Source: Bugula neritina (Eukaryota > Animalia > Bryozoa). From it: a DNA stretch of 64,000 bases. Made by a program: the position numbers and the translations under genes. Each line of letters starts with the position of its first letter. Position 1 is the stretch's first letter. Shown here piece after piece: positions 51,801 to 64,000 of the stretch. The stretch spans positions 6,872,722 to 6,936,721 of the forward strand of contig OZ037766.1 in NCBI GenBank assembly GCA_964035545.1, in the 5' to 3' direction. The notes beneath the pieces are model-generated. The model ran no database searches and was not told where the DNA came from. It worked only from the letters and a program-made list of their open reading frames with translations.

Positions 51801-52542
51801 CAATTCTGTTGGAATTAAACATGTATGTAAACGAGTGAGCAAAGTGTAAGCACTCAAAATTTATTCTTAAATATTACCATCTAAATTTTTATTTCATATT
51901 TTATAGAAAAGGCTACAACAATCTGGATCACTTTATTGAAAATAAAAATGAACAATTGATGAAAGCGTCCGAGCGAAGTAAAAAACGACCTTGGCATACT
52001 AATAAGATAGCTGCAATTCCATACTATTTTATAATTGAGTGGGATCCATGACAACAACAACGTATCATTTGAAGTAATATGCAACAATTTCCGTTTCCGA
52101 CGCTAACGACGCTTTCTACTTGGAAGGTAGAAGTTTCAAAATTAAGGCTACAGCTTACAAAATAATCAAATGTCAATATCTACACCAACATATTTAGTTT
52201 TTTATTTTGATACTTTGAAGATTCTTTGTGTTCTCAATTTAATCAACTAAAATTGTTTTATAGGTATCATTTACTATGCAATTATTGTAACATCTTAGTT
52301 TTATAAACCATCACCCAACAAGTCAACATCAATAACTGGTTTCTAATAGTAATACTCAACAGTAATACTAATTGTTATATTGATATTGTCAAACTAACTT
52401 TTTGTAAAAAATATTATGCTGCAATTTACAACTGTATGTATAAGCTTTTTTCGCATATGTTAGTTAAACAAGGCAACTGATTGTTAAATAGTAAATACTC
52501 CAGTTTTAACTGATTTTTTTTATAGGTACACCTCAGAAAATT

Positions 52543-54674
52543 ATGGCTGATGGTAATAAACTTGCTCAAGCTTCACAAATATGGAGCATGCTTGATGATA
52601 TGGCAGAAAATAATCCTTCTGCTTATAGAAAGTTTATTGATAAACACTTAAAAGAAGGCAAAGAACTCAATGCTCCTCCTAAACCACACATGTGCATTCA
52701 AACTTGTATTGTAAGATATCTTTGCTTATTTAAATTTTAAATTCTTGGGTTAAACTAAATCAATCGAATTTTAAATGATGGCTGAATATTTTAATTGAAA
52801 ACTTCAAAATATTCATTATGCTGTATTATCAAATTAGGTTCTTCAAATTTCATTTTACTAGATACTAATTAATATCAATTCAAGAGATAGTTGATTTTAT
52901 ATGTTTGTAGCATTTTACTATGTTATGTTAGTGCAAAACATTGCAGAGCTATAAAAATTTAGTGTTTTTTAAATGATCTGTAGCTCTTAAAATTTAAATA
53001 TTTGACAATCAACTGCAATTGAAGTTTAAATGCAGATGCTTTTTTACTCACAAATGTTGAGTATGATGGGGAGTTTATATATAACAGGCTTCTAACTGGA
53101 TACCACTGTATATTAATTTCTGTGGCTGGCCAAGAATTACAAAACCTAAAGATGACTCTGCTCCCATTCCTGTTTTTGGTAGCAAGTTGATACAAAGAGC
53201 CAATGAAGAAGGTAACAAAATAATCACTAATTGGGATCTTGCAAATGTAGGGTGTGTATCAAAATCATAATGATTAAAATGGGGTATAATACATTGCTAG
53301 AAACTATTTATCTAAAGCCATGTCTAAACATTTATAAGCAAGCTTGCAGTTGTTCACTAAACCGTGAAGTGCATTTTTTTAAATACGATTAGTATATTTG
53401 GTGTGCTGTATGTTTTTAATAGGACCTTATGTCTTAACATCTATTAGTGCATGTTTTTATTGCAAGTAAATTACATGTATTTATCTAATGGCATAATTGC
53501 AAAAATTAAGATTTTGCTCAAGATAATTGTGTAAGAACTAAGATGTTATGTTGGTTGCAGATGGGGAGCATTTTGTGATTCATGTGGCATTTAATCCTGA
53601 AGTTCTAGAGCTGTACGGCAAAACTTGCAAATCCCAAGAAGAAAAAGATGCTCTGGTAAAGTTAGCAATCGCATATATTGAAGACAATAATAAAACCAAA
53701 CTCTCTTACAATTACTATGCTGTTACAAAATACGATTTTCATGGTGACACTAAAACTATTCGTGAAGACTTTGGATTAGAAAAGGACGATATGAGTGAAG
53801 AGCTCAAAAGTCTCGCTCAGACATTTGGACCTGTAGCGGATATAGCTGCTAGGGATCCTGAAATTCTAAAAAAGATGGCTACTGGTGATATCAGAACATC
53901 AGAAAGTGAAGTGCTCAAGGAGAAAGTGATTCCGGATATTAAGATTCCTGGTGCTTCTAACAATGTACAGCCTACAACTAAACTTATAGAAGAAGTAAAG
54001 ATAACTCCAGACTATGAATTGACTTATAAAGAAACTGATGGAGATGAGTTTAACAGATCAATTGTTATTAAGATAGAGCTGGATAGTGTGAATAGTGTGC
54101 AAGAATGTGCTCTAGATGTTACTGAGGTGAGTATGTTATACATTTCACACTAAGTACAATTTTTAAAGGGTGCAGTCATAGTGAAATGGTTAGATCGCAC
54201 TGGCCTAGTATGCTTTAGGTCATGGTAGAGCCATCGGTGATGTCAGGGAGAGCATTTGGGTTTAATTGCTCTTGTGTTTCTTTGAAAGCTCTTGAACCCT
54301 TGATGTCACCGTGGTGAGGGGCACAGCTTTTAAAATATAAACTGTGCAGTTGCATATTGAATTGTCACACCACTGACTGAGGCCTGCAATCTTGCACACA
54401 GGCCATAATTTTGTAAGTTTACTCAATTCATAACATGTGAGAGAGGGATGTTGACATCTTAGAGTATGTTTTGCCCTGACATTGCAGTGTTAATCTATAT
54501 TGTATTTATAATTGTCATACGTTTAATTTGTAGAGAGCACTTAAATTAGAAGCACTAGAATATTCTCTTGACCTTCACCTAGCGGAAATGGTGATGGAAG
54601 ATCGAGTGAAAGCTCGCTTCAGTAAAACCAAACACCAATTAACTGTGACTTTGCCAGTTAAAGCAGTTGACTAA
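52543..54674 (+). CDS. PIH1D2: PIH1 domain-containing protein 2, 332 aa (exons 52543-52710, 53088-53211, 53561-54126, 54534-54674)
   Basis: QASQIWSMLDDMAENNPSAYRKFI, LYINFCGWPRI..P..DSAPIPV, VAFNPEVL, and CS-domain end VKARFSKTKHQLTVTLPV. 999 nt. Confidence 0.93.
54168..54340 (+). mobile_element. Degenerate SINE copy related to 715-916
   Basis: GGGTGCAGTCATAGTGAAATGGTTAG head and ATCGGTGATGTCAGGGAGAGCATTTGG core. Confidence 0.5.
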
Positions 54675-55591
54675 TATTCAAATTTGTTTTATTTCTTAAT
54701 CTATTTCATCTTTTTTTTTAAATCCATGATATACTTCTATAGTAATATTTGTATTTGGTTTCTATTCTATTCTAACTTTCTTTCTATTCCATCAACAAAT
54801 AGAATATTGAAAAGAAAACAGAAACATAATATTTTGTTGGCAAAATTTACATTTACTTCTTTTAGCAAATAAACACTTGTTGCATAATATTGTTTATAAA
54901 GAAATCAAGCAAATCTATTATTAGCAAAATAGCTTATCACACAGCAACCACAGTGTATACTTTAGTATGCTGCTTACATATTATGAAACAAGCGGTAGGT
55001 GGAGCACATTTTGCCAGAAAGTTTTCATTTCTCAGATTTTTTATTTAGCACCAATCTATGCGTGTAAGCATGAACTTTAAATATATAAATTATGATAAAA
55101 TCCTAGTACAACTGTCCAAGATTGTGTTAAATCTAAATGCATTTTATAAAAAAGCAATAACTTGTATATTTGTAACTTTGCTGCATTAAAGAAATTATAT
55201 ATAAGCTTATAAACACTATAACCATTATTGCAAGTTCATTTTATATTTGTAACCATATCTGAGGTCTTCTTGGTGCAATTGCTGATACATTTTTTGTTTT
55301 TAACAACGTGAAAACGCAAAATGATTTAAAAAACACAAATTTCTCTATAGCATCCAAAGGTAACATAGTTCCATTATTTATTCATATTATATCAATGCTG
55401 TCATAAAGAAAATAATAGACTGAGAAACAGCAAGGAATCCTTTCCATATATCTAAAATTAAAAAAACAGAATTTTAAACTATAAGACACGTATTTGAAAT
55501 TCATTCATGTGTTAAAGTATCTTGACTTACAGTTGTGAGAACCCATATTTTGTAACAGAAAGCTTAACTTCACCACAATGTATTTTACCTG

Positions 55592-58584
55592 TTATCTAAC
55601 TCTTAGTTTTATTGTAGCGGTGTCATAGGTCACCCTGTCCCAAGCAATCGGGTCACATGTCAGACAAGTTTGGTCACACCAACTGCCAAACCACCAGCCA
55701 CCTCTATAGGTTTCTACAATAAAGACTTTGTGCATTTAGTAATCAGTACCAATCTGTCTGCCTGATTATGTAATGATTCAATGTAGAAATTACTCACTCC
55801 ACCTCCCCCCTAATAAAAGTAACAGCTAAGTCAAGGTTATTCTTATTCTAGCTGTTCTTACAGTTATTGCCTAAAAACCTAGAAATATATTTTGCCCCAA
55901 TATCTGTTATTATCACATGTTTTATACAAAATGCAGTAAAAATTGTTTAGCTTTTTAGGAATAAGCCAATCAAAAAATTTGTAAAACAATTTCAAAATAA
56001 AACTAGATGCATATATGAAATTTATATAAAATCATAGTTCCATTTTTACCACGAAACAGTGACAAACTGTACCAAGTATTTAACCTTAAGATAAAACATG
56101 TGCGAAACATTTTTCCTTTTGTATAACATATGCAGTTAAAACTAGTTGCCACTAAATAAGTTATTCCGCAGATATTGTGTACTCTATAGAAAAAGAACTT
56201 GTTAACTTGCTGCTACAGCAACTTTATAGAGAAATATTTTTTGCTAGAGCTGCTGTGCCTGGTTGTTAAATTGCTCAGCTAACTAAAGTGCATTGAATTA
56301 AACACAGGCCTGTTTGGTCAAGCATTATGGGACTAGCAAAACTATATTTCAAACTAGTAAACTGTTGTAGTGATTTCATTACAATGAAAAACTAAACATC
56401 CTTAGCAGCATGTTTATCTGTGCTGACTTAAAAATACAAACTAAAAAAAGTTAGCGCAATTTTCAACCCAATACAGACTAAAACAAAACCTAAATTCATA
56501 TAGTGTAATTCACACAGCATATCATTGTAAATGTATGAACATTAATATAAAAAGATTGTAAGTAATGCATATGCATAAATACTTTGAGCACATGGGTTGT
56601 GGAAAAGATTAGAAGCCACAAGAAAATTACCTGAACAGCTTTTAAACACATTGTCATAAGTTCGGAAGACTTTACCAGCAGGGTTACCACCTGAGAGTGT
56701 GGCATCTGAAAGATTTCCACTGTATCCAGATAGCTCTATACAATTGTAAACAGATGCCTTTATACACAGAAATATACCATAATTTATACAATTTTGCATG
56801 TGGAGATGACTGCAAATAATAATCAGTCTTACAGAAATGCTGCACTATATAACATACTCAGTAAAATAAAACTTTATATGGCCAATGTCCTTACACCTCT
56901 AAAGATATCGAAATACTTGAGAAGTGAGTTAATATGCATTATGCACCAGTCATCAACGATCATGTGATGCTGTATCACATGATGTTACAGAATTGTTAAA
57001 ATGTTGAGGATGGTGAAAATTTATATGTTACAATTTTTAACTGGGAAAATAAGAAAAATACCTTAAAAATCAAACTTTGTTTTAACACTGTACAGTATTT
57101 AATCAATATTGGGTATAAATATTAACATAAGTTAAAAATGTATGAGTTACAAGTTCTTTCATCCATATTTTTACTGAAAGCTATGGTCCAAATTATTATA
57201 ATAGCTTTTTTTGTCATATGTTTATTTAGGGAGTTTTGCACCAATTTGCTCTGTATAAAAGCCTTATATGCATGAGTACTTTCTTAGTAAACCAAAACCT
57301 TGAACAGCTACATGTGTGCATATATAACATCAACTTTACCTTGTAGAATATAGTTTATTCCTGGTCCAATAGTAACATTCTCATACTCTACATAATTGAG
57401 TCGGCCAAAGAAATCTGTAGTCTCTATTCTCAGACTAGCATCAAATTTAGTCGTGAGATAGTTTAATATCTTCAAACCTAGTGTATAGCCAGAATTATTA
57501 TGTCTAACATTACATGTATATATATCCGCTGATTTCAGAGTACTAGCATGGTCATTAATATGGTCACATTCAATTACAACATGTGTCAGCTACATAATAT
57601 TACTATCTAACTTTGCTTGAAAAAAAAGATTGCACGACCTATTAATTTATATGAAGTGATTTCAAAGCATACAGTACAATGTAGGGCTGTATTATCTGAA
57701 CGTTTTTATATACCTGAAAGATGTTGAAATAATATGATTGATTTCAGCCAAAAATACATGTAATGTGCTGACCATAATGTTTAAAAATGTGATTTGAATC
57801 TGCTTGCATACTACATATTTCTATAATTATTATGGTGCACAAGCAAAGAATAATGAAGTGCTAAACATTGGTTTGAAATACATACACACACACCCATATG
57901 CACACACACCTATAAATCTCAACCTACTCACCAATAAAGTAATCTCCAAACAATCTGCCAAACCCAGCTTCATACTCGGCAAGCGTTTTACGGAAAGTGT
58001 CAGTTCTGGTGTTCCTCATGATAACAATCCAGGGGCCATTGGGAGAAGAAAGATCGCATTGCACCATAAGAGTTCTACCATTAATATTAACTGGTGTGGG
58101 TTGATCATGAGTTGCATGCTTGCAGTAATCACTGGCTGAAATAGCAAATGTTAAAATATAATCTAATATTTTACACCATCAGTAAAATACGTTAGATGCA
58201 TGCAACCTATTTAAACCTTTATTCATAACATTACTCTATTTTAAACCCTAATTCACTAGTTCGACTAATAAAAAATTTGTTGTACTTTTGTACAGCAAAT
58301 GTAAAGAGTTGCACAGTTATCAACATGCTAGTGAATGTCAGTACTTACAGGTGGAACTCGACTTTTCACTGATCAGGGAAACCCTGTGCAGTCCCTAAAA
58401 TTGAAAATTATGAATTCTATCAACTAAAATACACTTTGAACACCAATTCTAGTTTCTCCACCTTCTAAAGACAATTACAACTAAAATTGCAAAACGCTAT
58501 TTTAAGTATGTCACTCACTGAAGATGCAGCACAACCAAAAAACAGAAACAGCTGAAAAAATCTTCTGAAAACTACAGCCACCAT
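55592..58584 (-). CDS. Secreted single fibrinogen-related-domain (FReD) protein, 226 aa (exons 58584-58519, 58394-58349, 58135-57932, 57477-57340, 56735-56631, 55713-55592)
   Basis: Signal MVAVVFRRFFQLFLFFGCAASS. FReD motifs VQCDLSSPNGPWIVIMR..EYEAGFGRLFGDYFIGLKILNYLT..LRIE..Y, GYSGNLSD, FRTYD, GGWWFGSWC, TIKLR. All GT-AG, 681 nt. Confidence 0.88.
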
Positions 58585-59085
58585 TCTGAAAGAGCAAGCA
58601 ACTACATTTGACTTGTGATGAAAGATCTAACTTTTCTATAATAACTAGTTGCTGTATTTTAAATGATAGTCTGACAGTCCATATGACGATTCTCACCAGT
58701 TTGACCCTTGTGCGCATGTGACTTTCTCCACACTTGCAAAACTTACTCTTATACTGAAATTATTTGCCTGAACATGTCCGTTTGTGGCAAAATTTAAGCA
58801 GTCTTACAAGCTAAATACAACCCCATCACACTGGCAAGGGTATTCAAACGGAAAGTACTAAACTATGTATAGTTTATAAAAGAAAACAAATCGTTTAAAG
58901 AATACAGTATTGTTTATTGCTACCCAAAGCAATTTATATGAGAAGTGCTTAAAATACAATACAAATTATATTCAGTAGTAATAAAAGCATCATTAGAAGT
59001 CATCCATGACAAGTATGTAAGCAGTAAAATAGTCGTCCATGATAGCAAATTTATAGCTTAAGTTGTGTGTAGATCTTCATAGTAA

Positions 59086-62000
59086 TTAAAACTGTTGTTT
59101 TTCGATTTGCTTTACAGTAATTGACAAGCCATGCAGCTGAATGTATCTGGCTCTAGCCTGAGTGAGCATCATCTTCTTTCTCTCCGACAACGAGAGGTGT
59201 CTCTGATCAGACTGTTTATTGAATACTTTTCCTTTATAGATCTGTGAAGATGGTGGGCTACTTGAAAGTGCATTCACAGGCTACAAAGAAAACATTATAC
59301 TTTGCATAACATTTCAAGGCAGTTAATAAATAAATATCCATATTTTAGACCTTCAACATTAGGATTGATGATGAAATATTTTGCTCAATGCCAGAACAAT
59401 CCAGCTGACACCAACAGTAATGCTATCAATATATCCTCGAATAAACTTGTCAGGTGAAACTATGTATTTCAGTCAAGTTAAGTTGTGAAGTCAGGAATTA
59501 TATTAAATCCGTTTGATCGAAAAATTCCAAACCCAAACCCCAGTTACAACGTTCAATGTGTAGTTTTTAACATTTTACGAACGTTTTGTTGGGAATTTAA
59601 GAAATGTAGCAATAAGGAAATAACAAAAATATAATACACAACTTTTTATCAATTGCTTTTGAAATGCTTTGTAGTAACTGTTACAAAATAATAACACTTG
59701 GTTTTAAACAATCCAACACAACAAATGTAGACAGTTTGATAAAACTGCTAACAGCTTCAATCATGAAACAACAGTAAGTAATAGAATCTGCTAGGTACCA
59801 GTCTTTATAACCTATGAGATAACAAACCATCAAAATTAAGATGAAAATGCAAAAAAAAACATATTTGAGTAATAAATTCACATCCAGCATTGTACTATCT
59901 ATTAACTCACCACGTGTCTAACTGGAGTAGAAGGTAAAGTTGACTTTGGCGATACTTCTTCAGGATCAAACTGAATATTTCCTTCAAAAATAGAACCGAG
60001 TGTATGCTCCACATCCTACAAGATAAGTATCCAGTGAGGACAATGTTACATATCTGCATGTTCAGCAATAGATACAATATAAACTCTACAAAACTAGAGA
60101 GAGGTAATGCAGGCCATCTATCAACTTATTAATTAGTAATACAGCTGTTTAGTCATACTGAGCAGATGTAGCACTGATTCTACTACTGCTATGTATTACC
60201 AACAATGTTACTACTACCAACCACAACTATATTAAGGATAAAACTACTACTGTTAAAAATAAAGATACGACTCAATTATTTACGTTACAATTCTTTATTT
60301 TACAGTAGCCGTATATTTGTTAAACTTTTATAAGCAAATTTAATTTCAATTAGTTTTATATTCTTTATTACAGAAGCAAAACATTAAAGCAAAAACAAGA
60401 CTTCTCAGAAGATAAATACTATGTTATTCCTTTTTCACATAACTTTTGTGGATTAATTTCTGAATATAGATTTAATAACTGAAACTGCAAGCTATTATTA
60501 TCAAAATGCTGACAAAACAAAAAAATATGCTTTATGTAATATGATACAGCGTTCCACAATTCCATGATTATCACACATTTGGAAGATAATCTAACCTCAG
60601 ATTTAGCTATTAACGCTCTGAGAACGTGGAGAGGTACTTGTGGAGTAACCTGCTTACAATGCTGCACCATTGCTTCGAGTCTCGGGCTTAGAGGTTGACC
60701 CTCGTCAGAAGATACAGGACTTCTATTGGCTGGAGAAGAGGGTGATGGAGCTGTAAGAGAAACAATAACATGACGCGTTCAGTGACTGAAGTGTGTAACT
60801 ACAGTTTTGTCAGTTGAAAATCAAGTCTAGTCTTCAATTTCATCTATTTATAGATAAGAAAAATAAACAAACTGACAAGAGAATCCTTGAGTAGTATGTT
60901 TACTACAAAAATGGATACACAAATACCACTCCAAGAATTTAATAGGTAGACTAAAAATAAATCACAAAATATTTTTGCACTAAATCATTTGAAGTCTACC
61001 CATCACACATATTGTGCTAGGTTTATATTCTACCACATCAAAAATATAACTGGACAAACACACAATCCTTAAATTTTAGACCCAAGCTTTAAAGAAGGAC
61101 CAATTTGCCTAGTTTAAATAGGTGATATATCTTATATACTAACAAGATTTTGATAACAAATAGTAAAATGACTGTCTGTTCCTTGCTAAAAGAAGTGCAC
61201 CATGGTAAACATACCATCATCACGAACTGGCTGGGTTCTCTCTGAGAGCTCAGTTTTATGCCCCATTCTCTTCACCAGCTCATTTCTATCATGTCTGCTG
61301 AATGGAGAGGCAATAAGACCCAGAGATTTAGCCATGGTTCCCCTCACTCGCTCTGCGAAGACCTCGGCAGACTCCCCCTCCTCCTTGGTCACCACCGGCA
61401 GATATCTGCAACAATGTCTCTAGTTGCCATGACAATGTAACTAAGCAACAGTTGCTAAAATACAATTTACTGTGTTCAACATATTTGCTTCTGTATGGGT
61501 TTGATGCTTCAGCACCACAAAATAACTTGTTTTAGTATATCATGAGGTAACACTGAGCTTATTAACAAAAAAAGATAATGATTATATAACATGGAAATTA
61601 AAAAATGTAAAATATTGGGTCTTAGAATGTTTCTGGCTACACAATCAGCTGACAGAACTTGCTAGAAGTTTCCACAGATGCTACTCAAGACTGAACAGAT
61701 CAGACGATATGCTCAGCGGTATTGACATTACCTCAGAGTGAACAAAGAATAGGGGGTGAACAGGCAATATATCAGGTCAGAAAATCCACTGCTGTTTAGT
61801 GTTGTCTAAAATTAGAAAATAGAATGACATATAAAGTTCTTTACAAAGCAGGGGTTCATAAAACATTAACAAAATGGTACACATGAAACCATGCAAAGTA
61901 ATTTCTTTTTTATTAAAAATGAGTTTTCTAGCACAAATTGGTTACCCGACATTATTAGAGAAAAAACCCCCATTAAAAACTTTTGATCTCATTAAAATTT

Positions 62001-63748
62001 TACTATTCAAACTTTAAAAATAGAATGAAACAAATATAATATACACTTACTAAGGAGATTGGCATGGGTCTTTTGGCTTGTATGACCACAGGTTGAACAG
62101 AATCACTTATACTGAACTGCCATGAGCTAAAATTGTTTGTGAAAATTATTTTTTTATGCGCGTCTAAAAACAGTATTCATGAACATGAACTATGTAAAGT
62201 ATATATGTTATATAAAAAAATTATGACAATTCAAGATATGTCTTATGGAGGGAAAATTTGATAGGCTAACCTGAACTTTAACAAGCCATGCTTCCCAGAA
62301 GTGGGAACACCCTCAGGCCTAGTAAACAAAGGGACGCTAGTATCTGAAACACATCATAGACTAGTAGATTCAGTTTGCATAAAACAAAATAATTATGTGC
62401 TACTATACAGAACTTAATATCTCTGCCTAACATATAACAAGCAGTGGCTGTTCTATAACAAAACTAGTATGATAAATTTTAGCCTTTTTGCTAATTTACT
62501 GCAATATAATGGGTACATTAAATATACAAGATAATACAAGATAAGAGTTACAGCACACAACTGCGCTGTAGACATAATAGTCTTATAATAGACTAGCGTG
62601 AAAACACAGAACTTATGGCATTAGTTGTACTAAAGCAACTCAACAGATTTTGTTTACTTTTATTCTAGTGAGGTTGACCTGTAAGTATGTCAAATAAAGG
62701 TACACTACACATTACTAAGTGAATAGATGCTGTGAGAGTTCAAACTCCAATATTAGTGTGCTATTTATTCATGCTAATATACATGTAGCTAAATAATGAT
62801 ATACCTACATAGAAAAAAGTATGGAAGAATGGGTGACAAACTACTTGTATTATACAATGTTGTGTTACTCACATTGGCACAAGGACTTGGCATTCTGTAA
62901 AAAACTCGTTCTAGAGCCTTCTTCAGTCAAATCTTTCAGCCCAAGCAACATTGACAAAAATGGAGGTAATCCCCACTCATTTGCCTGAAGTACACAAATA
63001 CACATAAAAAACTCCAATAGCTCACCTTGGATTCTTTATGTAGATTCACAAAGCACTTCAGTTGTTCAACAACAAATATATCGGACATTTGCATTCCTAC
63101 TTGACGTGACTCAAAACAGCGACTCAAGTAAACTAACTGGAAGTAAACTAACCATAATGTTTGGTTGTATGAGACTAAACATTAGTCTGTCAACTGGTGA
63201 TATATAATTACAGACAACCACAGAGCAAGTATCTCTCCTGTTTACCTCGTCCTTCACCTTAACCACTAGACCACACAGAGTTAGCATAACTCTCATCACA
63301 CATCTACAGTACATAAGCAAACTCCAGCAGGCATAATAACTGTCGAAAATACACTTCATTCTTCTCCTTTCAAATAAAGATAGCAAAAAGGTAAACTAGT
63401 GACAGAGAATGATGCAATTATGTGCAGTTGGCAATACACACCTTCCAACCGATGTGCTGCTGGGAAATGCAAATGATATGACGTAAATGTGGAAAAGCAT
63501 ACATATTCTGATAATGGTAAGCACACAGCCAAGTGGAGTGTATAATCCAATAAGTAGAGTGTCCTTCACACTGCCATGCACTCTGGAATAGATTTTGAAT
63601 ATCGGTTATGGAGAGGCCCACCCACAGATGTACTTTTTAAACCAAGACACACAAAATAATTACACTTGAGAAAATACTGAATATTTAAGTTAATTCACCT
63701 AGTATTTTGAAAATTCTTCAGTAAATCTGCATCACTCAGTGGTGCCAT
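59086..63748 (-). CDS. AUP1: Ancient ubiquitous protein 1, 440 aa (exons 63748-63699, 63582-63442, 63303-63153, 62984-62873, 62343-62271, 62126-62051, 61805-61732, 61405-61215, 60750-60596, 60015-59911, 59280-59086)
   Basis: Hydrophobic hairpin LYTPLGCVLTIIR, acyltransferase-like region PEG..TSGKHGLLKFSSW..VQPV..FAERV, CUE domain (MVQHCKQVTPQVPLHVL..DVEHTL), G2BR helix RHLSLSERKKMMLTQARARY. 1323 nt. Confidence 0.93.
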
Positions 63749-64000
63749 TGCTGCTAGCTTCAACCAATCAGCTGTTACTCAACTAATAGCATTCAGACAT
63801 CAGAGGTGTTTGGTGAAAACTTTCATGGAATATTATATAGAATTAACAATACAAACATTGACTAATACTGATGCCTATGAATATCTGCAACTAAAAGAGA
63901 AAACATTTTACATTATAAAAAGTAATGCTTGTATAATTCTTACTGTAAACAGACTGCACAAACATTACCCACATGCACAGAGCACAAGTTATGTGTATAT

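Noticed and set aside
10625-58590. Splice acceptors 1-23 nt before the ATG in FKBP3, KTI12, the CCCH gene, NKAPD1, PIH1D2 and FReD, suggesting SL trans-splicing
   Set aside because: Plausible cis donors exist upstream (e.g. 34533, ~58746, ~51088, ~28148), so ordinary 5'-UTR introns suffice. A leader-sequence search in RNA-seq would be needed to revive the idea.
63026-63110. Possible extra AUP1 exon (strong GTGAGC donor at ~63025)
   Set aside because: No open in-phase acceptor found; the flanking exons already join in frame.

Overview
AT-rich, gene-dense, intron-containing animal genomic DNA. It is probably a lophotrochozoan invertebrate, but the taxon is an inference. Manual exon assembly with GT-AG and phase checks gives ten host genes: an unidentified 5'-truncated gene (+), a 299-aa coiled-coil orphan (-), FKBP3/FKBP25 (-), a type I C-type-lectin/mucin-stalk receptor (+), KTI12 (-), a CCCH zinc-finger ZC3H11A-like gene (+), the head-to-head pair NKAPD1 (-)/PIH1D2 (+), a secreted single fibrinogen-domain protein (-, largely missed by the ORF track) and AUP1 (-). 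Mobile DNA comprises an intact, very young Gypsy element (identical 145-bp LTRs, 5-bp TSD), two decayed Gypsy pol relics, a Harbinger-like MITE, two tRNA-derived SINEs and a 1,980-bp internally deleted LTR element. Main candidates for new biology: (1) the deleted LTR element keeps only an accessory gene (acidic N-terminus, two zinc fingers, coiled coil), and its LTR U3 carries three 27-bp dyad-symmetric sites just upstream of the TATA box, suggesting a retroelement-encoded regulator with its own operators; (2) 6-bp-periodic A(C/G)TA tracts with embedded palindromes lie upstream of the housekeeping genes and were not seen elsewhere; (3) a minisatellite appears to be an amplified 3' splice site.
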